Shown one piece after another: positions 1 through 9,371 of a stretch of DNA of 32,000 nt. This DNA is from Patescibacteria group bacterium (lineage in GTDB: Bacteria; Patescibacteriota; Patescibacteriia; UBA2591; UBA6264). Position numbers and translations under genes: made by a program. How positions within the stretch are numbered: position 1 is the stretch's first letter; each line of letters starts with the position of its first letter. The stretch covers positions 1 through 32,000 of the forward strand of contig JAQTOB010000001.1 of NCBI GenBank assembly GCA_028713575.1, given 5' to 3'. The notes beneath the pieces are model-generated. The model had not been told where the DNA came from and ran no database searches. It saw only the letters and a program-made list of their open reading frames with translations.

Positions 1-43
1 TCTTGGACAGCGTCCAGGGAAAATCCTTTTCCAATCCTTTCAT
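1..43 (-). CDS. 5' end of an unidentified gene running off the left edge (N-terminus MKGLEKDFPWTLSK)
   Basis: ATG at 43..41 (minus) opens a frame that stays open to position 1. A promoter-like TTGACA / TGaTAATCT pair lies upstream. Too short to assign a function. Confidence 0.3.
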   Translation of the reverse strand, partial: MKGLEKDFPWTLSK

Positions 44-98
44 ATAGATAAATGAAATTACAATAAAAAACCAAATAAATTTACGATAAGATAAAATA

Positions 99-127
99 AG
101 ATTATCATTTTATTTTCCGGATGTCAA
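99..127 (-). promoter_or_regulatory. Candidate sigma70-type promoter for the gene at 1..43
   Basis: On the minus strand, TTGACA (plus 122..127) is followed by a 17-nt spacer and then TGATAATCT (extended -10-like, plus 99..107). Pattern match only. Confidence 0.35.
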
Positions 128-260
128 CCACATCTGATAGGGACGCACCTCATCACGCACCTCACTTAAGAGCCTTGCTCTTAAGTATCTCTTAAGCATT
201 CTTATCAACCCCCTTGATGGGGACGCGGCTTATCGTTCTTCGCACCTCGTCGTTCTCACC

Positions 261-1145
261 TCAATTCTCTCGTCGTTCTCCTAATATCAGATTTTCTCCG
301 TTGCTCACAAAAACGACGTCTCCTTTTCCATCAGTTCTTAAAATTTTCGTTCCTACTTCTTCTAAATTGCTTAAAACCCTCAAGCTGGGATGACCAAAAC
401 TATTTTCACCCACGGAAATGACGCCGTATGCCGGATTAACCGCTTTCAAAAATTCAAGAGAAGAGGAATATTTTGACCCATGATGCCCGACTTTCAAAAC
501 CGCGGCGGACAAATCATAGTCGCTTTCCGTTAAAATCTTTTCTACTTCTTTGTCCGCATCTCCGGTAAACAAAAAATCGTTTTCTCCGTGCTTTAATTTA
601 AAAACTAAGGAGGCAAAATTATCATCGCCGTTTACGTCTCTTGTCAAATCTTGCCACGGCCAAATAAATTCTAAAATTGTTTGCTCATCCCAAACGATAT
701 TCAATGGTGCGTCGATCGTTTGCAAAAAAATTTTCTTTTCTTTAATCAGTCTATCCCACTCTTCTCCAACCGCGGAAGAACTTTTTAAACCGTTGTCTAA
801 AATCTTTTTTACTCTGTAACGTCGCAATGTTTCTACTAAGCCGGTCATGTGGTCTAGGTCTGCATGCGTAGAAACCATCAGGTCTATCTCCCGATCATAA
901 AAAGGAATGTATTGGTCTAAATGATAAATTATATTTCTGTCCGGTCCACCGTCAACTAGAATATTACGGGAGTGGGAATCCCTGATCAGAACCGCGTCTC
1001 CCTGTCCGACGTCAAAAAAAACCACTTTCAAGCTACCAGTCGGAGTATCGCCTTTAAGAAAAATCCCATACCCCAAAAAAACCAAATTGACAAACAAAAA
1101 AATTGCAACCAAATAAAAAAGAATTTTAAATTTCTTCAATTTCAT
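261..1145 (-). CDS. comEC: ComEC/Rec2 C-terminal part: one N-terminal TM helix plus a metallo-beta-lactamase-fold domain
   Basis: MBL signature STHADLDHMTGL, later GHHGS and FGHP, all typical of the ComEC MBL domain. The ORF-track start at 1181 is a TTG. The first ATG (MKLKKFKILF...) is at 1145 and overlaps the upstream ORF by 20 nt. Confidence 0.8.
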   Translation of the reverse strand: MKLKKFKILFYLVAIFLFVNLVFLGYGIFLKGDTPTGSLKVVFFDVGQGDAVLIRDSHSRNILVDGGPDRNIIYHLDQYIPFYDREIDLMVSTHADLDHMTGLVETLRRYRVKKILDNGLKSSSAVGEEWDRLIKEKKIFLQTIDAPLNIVWDEQTILEFIWPWQDLTRDVNGDDNFASLVFKLKHGENDFLFTGDADKEVEKILTESDYDLSAAVLKVGHHGSKYSSSLEFLKAVNPAYGVISVGENSFGHPSLRVLSNLEEVGTKILRTDGKGDVVFVSNGENLILGERREN

Positions 1146-2622
1146 TATTTTGTTTTTTAATTTTAACCAGCCAAAAAACAATTAAAAAATATAAGATGAT
1201 AGTTAAAGATAAAGGAAAGTTGTCAATAACATATGAAAATCCGGGAATGAAGGCGCCGACTTTAACCGTTAAAATAACAAAAGTCAACAATAACCATAGG
1301 GGATAGAAAAATATTTTTGCCAAACAAATATGAATCAATCCAAAAATTATAAACAACAATCCCAGGGCCATGATAAGGGGTATAAAAAAAAGTACCAAGA
1401 CATTAATCAGGGGAGAAATTAAGGATAAATCGCCAAAATAATACAAAATCAAAGGCAAAACAAATACTTGGGCTCCTAAAGTGGTTGCTAGATATTGACG
1501 CAAAGGAAAATATTGAAAGTTAGGAATTTTTTTAAAATATTGGTTAAAAGCCGGAGACAAAAAACTAATACCTAAAACCGCTAAAAATGATAATTGAAAA
1601 CCAATATCTAATTTTAATAATTTCGGATTAAAACACAACATTATAGCCGCGGCATAGAGAATAATTTTTTTTCCGACCTGAGGTCGACCGATTTTTTGCG
1701 CCCAGGCTAATCCCAAGCCCATAATGGCCGCCCGAACCGCTGAAGCAGGCACTCCGACTAAAATCACAAAAAAAATAACTATCAGAGCCGTTGGCCAAAA
1801 AACTTTTTGCCGGCGGAGTAACAAGACGCCTGTCAGAAAAAAGGCGATTATTTGGGAAAAAATGGAAATATGCAAACCGGAAATGGCTAAAACATGGGTC
1901 ATACCCGTGCGGGTAAACCAATTCCTAATTTCTTCGGGAATTTGCTTTTTAAATCCCAACAAAAGGGCGGAAAGAAAAGCGTCTTGAGGTTCGGTAAAAT
2001 ATTGGTCAATCAATTTTTTGCTCTGATTTCTAAACCAAAAAATCTTTGCGACGATTCCCGAGAAATCCCCCCTTTCTAAAACCTTTATCTCCGGCCAATA
2101 ACAAACCGAATAAACATTATAACGAGACAGATATTCGTCATAATTAAAATCTTCAATTATGCCCGGTTGTTTTAAAGGGCAGCTAATTTGTAAAAGATCG
2201 TTCCTTTCATATAGACTGTAAAGAGGAACCCTGACCAACATTTTACCTTTTATTTCTTTTTCTTTTATTTTTATTCCCCCCAGGACCAATTCAACCTCTC
2301 TGTCTCTTTGTTCCGGCTCCTTGACGACCTTCCCAATAAAATTCACCTTTTGATTATTATAAAAACCGAGATAATTTTCATCTTGGACGGGAAAACTTAT
2401 TTGATAACGCCAGACTCCTAAAAGAAAAAATAAAAATATCAAAATAATCGTCCGGATGTTTTCAATCAAAAATTGGCGTTTGGCAAAAAAAAGAACAATT
2501 AAAATCAAAAAAAAGAAAGGCAAAACAACAAACAATGGGAATAGCAAAAAAGAAGAAATGCCAATCCCAAGAATAAAAAAAATTAACAACCAAGTAATGA
2601 TTTTTGAAGCAGGGATATTCAT
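1126..2622 (-). CDS. comEC: ComEC/Rec2 N-terminal part: OB-fold (DUF4131-like) plus polytopic competence membrane domain
   Basis: 498-aa multi-TM protein. It contains an OB-like soluble insert (KVNFIGKVVKEPEQRDREVELVL) and a competence-domain block (GMTHVLAISGLHISIF, PASAVRAAIMG). Confidence 0.8.
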   Translation of the reverse strand: MNIPASKIITWLLIFFILGIGISSFLLFPLFVVLPFFFLILIVLFFAKRQFLIENIRTIILIFLFFLLGVWRYQISFPVQDENYLGFYNNQKVNFIGKVVKEPEQRDREVELVLGGIKIKEKEIKGKMLVRVPLYSLYERNDLLQISCPLKQPGIIEDFNYDEYLSRYNVYSVCYWPEIKVLERGDFSGIVAKIFWFRNQSKKLIDQYFTEPQDAFLSALLLGFKKQIPEEIRNWFTRTGMTHVLAISGLHISIFSQIIAFFLTGVLLLRRQKVFWPTALIVIFFVILVGVPASAVRAAIMGLGLAWAQKIGRPQVGKKIILYAAAIMLCFNPKLLKLDIGFQLSFLAVLGISFLSPAFNQYFKKIPNFQYFPLRQYLATTLGAQVFVLPLILYYFGDLSLISPLINVLVLFFIPLIMALGLLFIIFGLIHICLAKIFFYPLWLLLTFVILTVKVGAFIPGFSYVIDNFPLSLTIILYFLIVFWLVKIKKQNNEIEEI

Positions 2623-2676
2623 TATAATATTAGGGTTTTAAGGTTTGGTGGCTAAATTTCGGAAGTTTGGGGGTTT

Positions 2677-2714
2677 AGGAAAAAGTTTGGTGGCTCGGCC
2701 ACCAAACTTTTTAT
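2677..2714 (-). terminator. Rho-independent (bidirectional-looking) terminator after prfB
   Basis: Perfect 13-bp stem AAAGTTTGGTGGC (2682..2694) / GCCACCAAACTTT (2698..2710) with a 3-nt loop, flanked by A and T runs. It starts 7 nt after the prfB stop. Confidence 0.8.
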
Positions 2715-2716
2715 AT

Positions 2717-3812
2717 TTATTCTTTTTTGTTACGCAAATAACTTTCAATAATCTGTTCTAAATCGCCATTTAAAACATTTTCCACTTCGCTGGTTTCGTA
2801 ATCCGTCCTCAAATCTTTGACTAAATGATAGGGCTGAAGAACATAAGAGCGGATTTGATTGCCCCAGGAGGCCGACTTGAATTCTCCCCGCAACCTTGAT
2901 TTTTCCTCTTCCTGCTCCGCCTGCGCGTATTGATAAAGCTTTGATTTTAATATTTTCAATGCCCTTTCTTTATTCTGGACTTGCGACCTTTCGGCCTGAC
3001 AGCCAACCGTAATTTTACTCGGCAAATGAGTAATTCTTACTGCAGTTTGATTTTTCTGAACATTTTGTCCACCGTGACCAGAGGCCAAAAAAGTATCTAT
3101 TCTTAAATCATCCGGGTCAATATTTATTTCTTCAATTTCATCCAATTCCGGTAAAACCTCTACTAAAGCAAAAGAAGTATGGCGCATTTGCTCGGCATCA
3201 AAAGGTGAAATTCTAACCAAACGATGAACTCCGGCTTCACTCTTTAAAAATCCATAAGCATAACTACCATTTATTTCAAAAGTAACGCTTTTAATCCCTG
3301 CTTCGGTACCCTTGGAATGGTCTATAATTTGGGCCTGCCAGCCCTTTTTTTCCGCAAACCTCAAATACATTCTCAAAAGCATTTCTGTCCAGTCCTGGGC
3401 GTCAACGCCGCCGGCGCCGGCGAAAATTGAGACCAAGACGTTCTCTCGGTCGTATTTCCCGTTTAAAAAAATCAGCTTTTCAAAATTATTAAGCTGATTT
3501 TCTATTTCAGAAAATTCTTTTTCAATTTCTTTTCTTAAAGAAATTGATTGGTCGTCCTTATCAAGTTCGGCAATCTCCAAACAATCACTAATGGATTTTT
3601 CAATTTTTGTCCATTGTTCAATTTCTTCTTTTAGTTTATTCAATTCTCTTGATTTTTTTTCCGCCTTAATCCGATTTTGCCAAAATTCAGGCCGAGCCAT
3701 TTCCTGTTCTATTTCATTTATTTTTTTTCTTTTTTTCGCCAAGTCAAAGATAGTCTCCGACTTTGCGGAGCCTCTTTTTAAAACCTTCTAATTTGATAAT
3801 CAGTTCCTGCAT
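2717..3812 (-). CDS. prfB: Peptide chain release factor 2, with programmed +1 frameshift
   Basis: The 341-aa ORF carries SPF (RISPFDAEQ) and GGQ (SGHGGQNVQ). Upstream frame: ATG at 3812, reading MQELIIKLEGFKKRLRKVGDYL, then the in-frame TGA at 3746..3744 within TAT CTT TGA C. Shifting +1 after CTT continues as D-L-A-KKRKK, which is the listed ORF. Confidence 0.93.
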
Positions 3813-3836
3813 ACAATATCATTAAAATATAAAAAC

Positions 3837-3845
3837 ATTATAACA
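3837..3845 (-). promoter_or_regulatory. Candidate extended -10 element (TGTTATAAT) for prfB
   Basis: The minus strand reads TGTTATAAT, ending 24 nt upstream of the prfB ATG at 3812. Pattern match only. Confidence 0.35.
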
Positions 3846-4052
3846 TGAAAACAAAGAACATAAACATAAAAACATTTCCACTAAAGGCAACTCGTCTATC
3901 CATTGGCAAAAATCAATCTTTAGTTGAAAAAAAGGAAATGGGCATATGGGAAAAAATGGAAACAAAAATCGGAACATAAAAAAAATTTGGCAACCAATTA
4001 CTTAAAATCTTTAAAAATATTCTCATACTCTCATGTTTCAATGTTCCCGTGA

Positions 4053-5348
4053 TTAGTCCTGATATTCTTCTAAAATAACTTTTATTGTTTTTTCTTCTCC
4101 TTGATGATAAATTTTTAATTTCAATTCTTCGCCGGGTTTATATTTTTGGATTTCCTTTACTAAGGGTTTTTCTTCGGTAATCTTTTGATTATTTATTTCC
4201 AAAATAATGTCATTCTCCACTAGTCCGGCCTTATTGGCCGGGGAGCCGGGAATCACCGCCAAATCCGTCATTGCTTCGCCCCTGACAATCAGGGCGCCAT
4301 AATTATAAGGAAGTTTATTTTCTTTAGCAATTTCTTCATCAATTAAAAGATATCTTACGCCTAAAAACGGCCTAATGACGCGACCATGTTCCTTGACATC
4401 CCCTATCGCTTTTTTCACTTGATTAATGGGGATGGCAAAACCAATTAATTGACCTTCGCGATTAATTGCCGTATTAACACCAATCACTTCTCCTTGTAAA
4501 TTAATCAATGGTCCGCCTGAATTGCCAAAATTAATGGCTGCATCAGTCTGAATAACGTCTTCTAAAACTTCTGAGTTGCCCATGGCGTCGCCAGCCACTA
4601 TTCGTCGACTGATGCCGCTAATTACACCCTTGGTCACGGTATTGCGATATTCACCCAAGGCATTACCAATGGCAATGGCCGTCTGTCCTATTTTAATTTT
4701 ATCCGAATCTCCCAGTTTAACCTCTGGCAAATCTTTAACTTCTACTTTTAAAATTGCTATATCATTGAAGGGGTCGCTAGCTAAAACTTTGGCTTCGTAT
4801 TTTTCCCCGTCATTGGTTATTACTGTATATTCCGCGTCTTCTTCATTAATTACATGTTTATTGGTTAAAACCAGCCCTTCTTTTCCAGAGATTATAAAAC
4901 CCGTTCCGCCCCCCACTTCTTGTTTTTGTTTTGGTTCTTTATTATCATCTTCTTCTGGCTGAAGACGATAATAATCGTCAAATGGAAATCCAAAATTAAA
5001 AAAGTCGTCAAAAAAATCGTCAAAAGGAACTCTTTGCATTCCGTAGTAACGAGAAACATATTTACTAACCACAATACTAACTACCGCTGGGTTTGCTTTT
5101 TCTACCGCCTCAATAGATTTTGTCTCTTCATTGGAAGTTGCCAAATATTTTTCCCCTGATTTTTCTTTTAAATTTTGTTTTAAAACTTTTTGCCATAATG
5201 TTGATTCTAAAACAGGCTCATTATAGCTATTTAATAAATTGGCGGCGTAAAAACCCGAAACCATTCCTGCTAAAGAACCAATAATTGAAGCGATTAAAGC
5301 TACAATAATAATTGAATTGGACCAATTTTTAAATATGATTTTTTTCAT
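4053..5348 (-). CDS. HtrA/DegP-family serine protease (trypsin-like S1C domain plus PDZ), N-terminal membrane anchor
   Basis: Catalytic triad contexts TNKHV, DIAILKV and GNSGGPL. C-terminal PDZ-like segment (GSPANKAGLVENDIILEINNQKI). N-terminal TM helix. Confidence 0.9.
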   Translation of the reverse strand: MKKIIFKNWSNSIIIVALIASIIGSLAGMVSGFYAANLLNSYNEPVLESTLWQKVLKQNLKEKSGEKYLATSNEETKSIEAVEKANPAVVSIVVSKYVSRYYGMQRVPFDDFFDDFFNFGFPFDDYYRLQPEEDDNKEPKQKQEVGGGTGFIISGKEGLVLTNKHVINEEDAEYTVITNDGEKYEAKVLASDPFNDIAILKVEVKDLPEVKLGDSDKIKIGQTAIAIGNALGEYRNTVTKGVISGISRRIVAGDAMGNSEVLEDVIQTDAAINFGNSGGPLINLQGEVIGVNTAINREGQLIGFAIPINQVKKAIGDVKEHGRVIRPFLGVRYLLIDEEIAKENKLPYNYGALIVRGEAMTDLAVIPGSPANKAGLVENDIILEINNQKITEEKPLVKEIQKYKPGEELKLKIYHQGEEKTIKVILEEYQD

Positions 5349-5490
5349 CTTTTACTCTTCCACGATGCATTTTAAATACATCAATTAATTATTTAATAAT
5401 ATTCGACCTGTTCTATCCTCGTCCTTCAATAAAATGCTTGTTTAAAAAATGCGAACCCTTAGATAAAGTATTTTACCGAAGAACAATGGA

Positions 5491-6222
5491 TTAAATTCTT
5501 AATTTTACATCAATTTTAGTATTTTTTCTAAGATTTTTCAATATTTTTTCAAACCAATCTTGCCGATAATCATTTTTTATTTGAATTTTTCTAATTGTTT
5601 TTTGGGGTTGAAATTTTTGCAAATAATATTTTTTTGCCCCCCTAATACTTTTAATTATTTCTAAAATATCCTTTTCGTTTAATAAGCCAGGGACAACTGT
5701 TGTTCTAAATTCATAATCAATTTTGGAATTGATAATAATTTTAATACTTTCTTTTATGTTGTCTAAATCTATTAAGACTCCGGTTAATTGATTATATTTT
5801 TTTATTTTCAATGGCGCCTTGATGTCTACGGCCAAATAATGAATCAATTTATTCTTAATTAAATACGCAATCATTTTCGGATTGGTCCCATTTGTCTCCA
5901 CTCCTATCATTAATCCTATTTTTTTTATTTTTTTAATAAAATCCACCAAATCGCCAGCTCCTTTTTTATTCTTGGTTTCCGGACTCTGGTCTTTTAACGG
6001 TTCGCCGCCCGTAATCATTATCCCGTCAAGTAAATCTTTATTTTTTTGGCAATAGTTTAAAATTTCTTTTTCTTTAATTAACGGCAATTTTTCTGGATTT
6101 AAAACCAAATCTCGATTATAACAAAAGGGGCAGCGGAAATTACATCCTCCGACAAAAATGACCGAACAAACTTTGCCCGGCCATTCATTTAAAGAAATTT
6201 TTTGCCAACCCCTAAAAATCAT
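5491..6222 (-). CDS. nrdG: Anaerobic ribonucleoside-triphosphate reductase activating protein (radical SAM)
   Basis: CNFRCPFCYN radical-SAM cluster motif near the N-terminus and GGEPL motif. Sits immediately downstream of nrdD. Confidence 0.85.
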   Translation of the reverse strand: MIFRGWQKISLNEWPGKVCSVIFVGGCNFRCPFCYNRDLVLNPEKLPLIKEKEILNYCQKNKDLLDGIMITGGEPLKDQSPETKNKKGAGDLVDFIKKIKKIGLMIGVETNGTNPKMIAYLIKNKLIHYLAVDIKAPLKIKKYNQLTGVLIDLDNIKESIKIIINSKIDYEFRTTVVPGLLNEKDILEIIKSIRGAKKYYLQKFQPQKTIRKIQIKNDYRQDWFEKILKNLRKNTKIDVKLRI

Positions 6223-6227
6223 AAACT

Positions 6228-9200
6228 CTATTTATTGTTTTCTTTTACCACAAACTCTTTTCTTTGTCTAAACTCTTCCTGTTTACCCTTGTTCCATTGT
6301 TTTACCGGCCTTAAATAACCGACAATTCGTGAATAAACTTCGGTTGAAACTCCGCATTCCGGACAATTAAAATGTTCTCCGCTAATATAACCATGTTCCG
6401 GACAGATACTAAAAGTCGGAGTTAAAGTGAAGTATGGAAGACGAAATTGAGTAAAAACTTTTTTTATCAATGTTTTCACCACTTCTGAATCAAAAATGCG
6501 TTCGCCTAAAAATGCATGGAAAACTGTACCTCCGGTATAACAAGTTTGTAATTCATCTTGGTCTCTTAAGGCGTTAATTAAGTCCCCATCATAATTAACT
6601 GGCAACTGAGTGGAATTGGTATAATACGGCTCTTCCCTGCCAGCAGTAATTATGTTGGGATAAAGCTCTTTATCCTTTTTGGCCAAACGATAACTTGTTC
6701 CTTCAGCTGGTGTCGCTTCCAAATTATAAATATTACCTGTTTCTTTTTGATAATCAACTAAACGTTCTCTCATAAAATCTAATGTTTTCTTGGCAAAATT
6801 TTTACCCTCTTCGGTACTAATATCTTTTTTGATAAAATTAAGCAAACATTCGTTCATCCCCACTAAACCAATGGTAGAAAAATGATTTGCCCAATAATTA
6901 TTTCTTAAATTTTTAATATCAACCAAATAAAATTTAGAATAAGGATAAAGATTTTTTTCCGTAAAACCCTCTAAGGCTTTTCTTTTTATTTCTAAACTTT
7001 CTTTGGCCAGGTCCATTAGGTGAGCCAATTTTTTGAAAAAATCTTTTTCTGATTTTGCCAAATAGCCGATTCTTGGCAAATTAATGGTAACTACGCCTAC
7101 GCTTCCGGTTAAAGGAGCAGAGCCAAAAAGTCCGCCGCCGCGATGATGTAATTCCTTATTGTTTAGTCTTAATCGACAACACATACTTCTAATGTCTTCC
7201 GGGTCCAGCTCTGAATTAATAAAATTAGAAAAATAATTGATGCCATATTTAGCCGTGGCGTCCCAAATTGCTTTTAAATTAGGATTGTCCCAATTAAAAT
7301 CTTTTGTGATATTAATAGTGGGAATGGGAAAAGTAAAAACCCTTTGCGTGGCGTCGCCATCCATAATCACTTCATAAAAAGCCTTATTAAACATATCCAT
7401 TTCCTTCTGGAATTTACCGTACATTTCTTTTTGGGGCTTTCCTCCGATAATCACTGGAATTTTGGACAAATTTTTCGGCGGCACTAAATCCAAGGTAACA
7501 TTAGTAAATGGCGTGTTCCCGGTAATAAATATCTTCTCTTTCCTTCTGGCGACAATGGTTTCGTTTTTCGTGTTAGGACACCAAATAATCCCCTGATAAT
7601 TAATTTTTTTTACCTGATTAATGTAAGTATCCCTATGTTTGATAATCCTGATAATATATCTCTCTTTTTTAGACAGAACATTGTCTGGCTGGCGGATTAA
7701 AACCGTCGCGCCGTAACCGGCATTAACAATAATCTGCAATAAGTCATCTTTAATATTCTTTTCCGTGGTAGTAATTTTGCATTCATCGTGGCCATCTCCT
7801 TTAATATAAATTTCCAAAAACAATCTCGCCGTTTCCACATCCGAATCAAGAATGGCCCGGGGAATGAATTTAATCCCCTTAGTCTTATCACTTTTAAAAT
7901 ATTTTAAGATTCTTCTCGTGCTCCCGGCATCAAACCTGATTACGTTGCAATCCGCACCCAAACCTTTCTGGGTCCTTTCCGTATATTTTAATCTTAGAAC
8001 ATGACATAAGGAAATAATTTCTTCGTAATTTTCTTTGTTTTTCTCTTTCGATTGATAGATGCTAATCCGACCACTGCCCCGTCCACTCTTATCCATGCTT
8101 CCTTCACTTATTACCCAGGCTATCAACCTGACCATATTTTCATCCAATTTATCGCTACTAAAAACGTTGCCCGTGCTACCAACCGGGACAATAAAGGGTG
8201 ATTTTAGGTCCAAAATTTTCTCTATTTTCTCCAAAACATAATTATCTGAGTTAAACATTTTTCTAACTACCCGGTGTTCCGGAGAAATCAATTGATCAGT
8301 AATTCTGTTTTTCAAATTATACATGATGCCTTTATATTTTTTAGCAAAAACATTGTTAACCGGCAAATATTCAAGATAACCCTTTTCTATATTAAAAGTA
8401 GCGATAATGCTACCCTTTTTGACTTCTTTGTATCTTTTCCAACCATTTTCAGTTAGAATCTCCGTATCTTCGGAAACGCACTGAAATCCAACTCTGGTCG
8501 GCACGTTGCAGTTGAACATAAATTCTTGCATTGCCTGTTTTACCTGCGAATAATCCAGTTTATCATAATAGATGAAAGGAGCCAAAAATGTGTCAAAAGA
8601 AGAAACGGCAATGGCTCCAGCCGCTTCTCCTTGGAGAGTATAGAAAAAATTAACTAATTGACCCAAGGCAGAACGCAAGTGTTTGGGCGCCTTGGAAGAA
8701 ACTTTGCCTGAAACGCCGGTAAAGCCCTTTAACAATAAATCTTGTAAACTCCAGCCAACACAATAAGGGGCAAGGATTCCTAAATCATGAATATGAAAAT
8801 CTCCTTGTTCGGCCGCTTCTCTAATTTCTGGTGGATAAACTTTATCCAACCAATACTTTTTAGTTACGCCATTAGAAATATAATTATTTAAACCTTGTAA
8901 AGAATAAGTCATATTGGCGTTTTCTTTGACTTCCCAGTCCACTTCTTTTAAATATTGATCAACCATATCTAAGCTTTCTAAACTTGCCATGACGGTTTCC
9001 CTGATTTTTCTTCTTTGTTCACGATAAAGAATATAAGCTTTAGCCACTTCTACTAAATCCGCTTCAATTAAAACCTCTTCAACGATATCTTGAATTTCCT
9101 CAATGTGAGGTATTTTATTTTCAAATCTTCTATTAATTATTTTAACTACTTGATTTGATAATTTTTTAGACAGTTTTCCATCTTCTTCAGAAACTGCTGT

Positions 9201-9293
9201 TACTGCTTTATATATCGCTTCGGTAATCTTTTCTTGATTAAATTTAACAATCCGATCGTCTCTTCTTTTAACTTTTATTACTTGTTTTTTCAT
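6228..9293 (-). CDS. nrdD: Anaerobic (class III) ribonucleoside-triphosphate reductase, intein-containing
   Basis: N-terminal ATP-cone (VKRRDDRIVKFNQEKITEAIYKA). C-terminal Cys4 knuckle (CPEHG...CPECG). Glycyl-radical motif (SRIVGYLRPV). 1021 aa because of a 322-aa in-frame insert. Confidence 0.93.
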   Translation of the reverse strand: MKKQVIKVKRRDDRIVKFNQEKITEAIYKAVTAVSEEDGKLSKKLSNQVVKIINRRFENKIPHIEEIQDIVEEVLIEADLVEVAKAYILYREQRRKIRETVMASLESLDMVDQYLKEVDWEVKENANMTYSLQGLNNYISNGVTKKYWLDKVYPPEIREAAEQGDFHIHDLGILAPYCVGWSLQDLLLKGFTGVSGKVSSKAPKHLRSALGQLVNFFYTLQGEAAGAIAVSSFDTFLAPFIYYDKLDYSQVKQAMQEFMFNCNVPTRVGFQCVSEDTEILTENGWKRYKEVKKGSIIATFNIEKGYLEYLPVNNVFAKKYKGIMYNLKNRITDQLISPEHRVVRKMFNSDNYVLEKIEKILDLKSPFIVPVGSTGNVFSSDKLDENMVRLIAWVISEGSMDKSGRGSGRISIYQSKEKNKENYEEIISLCHVLRLKYTERTQKGLGADCNVIRFDAGSTRRILKYFKSDKTKGIKFIPRAILDSDVETARLFLEIYIKGDGHDECKITTTEKNIKDDLLQIIVNAGYGATVLIRQPDNVLSKKERYIIRIIKHRDTYINQVKKINYQGIIWCPNTKNETIVARRKEKIFITGNTPFTNVTLDLVPPKNLSKIPVIIGGKPQKEMYGKFQKEMDMFNKAFYEVIMDGDATQRVFTFPIPTINITKDFNWDNPNLKAIWDATAKYGINYFSNFINSELDPEDIRSMCCRLRLNNKELHHRGGGLFGSAPLTGSVGVVTINLPRIGYLAKSEKDFFKKLAHLMDLAKESLEIKRKALEGFTEKNLYPYSKFYLVDIKNLRNNYWANHFSTIGLVGMNECLLNFIKKDISTEEGKNFAKKTLDFMRERLVDYQKETGNIYNLEATPAEGTSYRLAKKDKELYPNIITAGREEPYYTNSTQLPVNYDGDLINALRDQDELQTCYTGGTVFHAFLGERIFDSEVVKTLIKKVFTQFRLPYFTLTPTFSICPEHGYISGEHFNCPECGVSTEVYSRIVGYLRPVKQWNKGKQEEFRQRKEFVVKENNK
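7515..8480 (-). mobile_element. Intein with LAGLIDADG-type homing endonuclease domain inside nrdD (aa 272-593)
   Basis: Starts with Cys (CVSEDTEILTENG) straight after NVPTRVGFQ. Block B-like ISPEH. Two LAGLIDADG-like motifs (LIAWVISEGSMDKSG, LFLEIYIKGDGH). Ends KIFITGN, followed by Thr+1 (TPFTNVTLD). I verified the codons at 8478..8480 (Cys) and 7515..7517 (Asn). Confidence 0.88.
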
Positions 9294-9371
9294 AATTTCT
9301 CATTTTTTGATAAAAAATTCGCACTCCATCGACAAATTTCTGAAGTGATTATTTAAATTATTTTTAAATTA

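Noticed and set aside
3845-3979. 44-codon plus-strand ORF (MKTKNINIKTF...) and an antisense 51-codon Phe-rich ORF in the 240-nt gap between htrA and prfB
   Set aside because: Their composition is driven by A and T runs. They lie on the opposite strand or in a shadow frame, with no recognisable motif. The gap more plausibly holds the prfB promoter (TGTTATAAT).
9294-9371. NrdR box upstream of nrdD
   Set aside because: Only a loose CACT...AGTG symmetry is present. There are no tandem 16-bp palindromic NrdR-type boxes.
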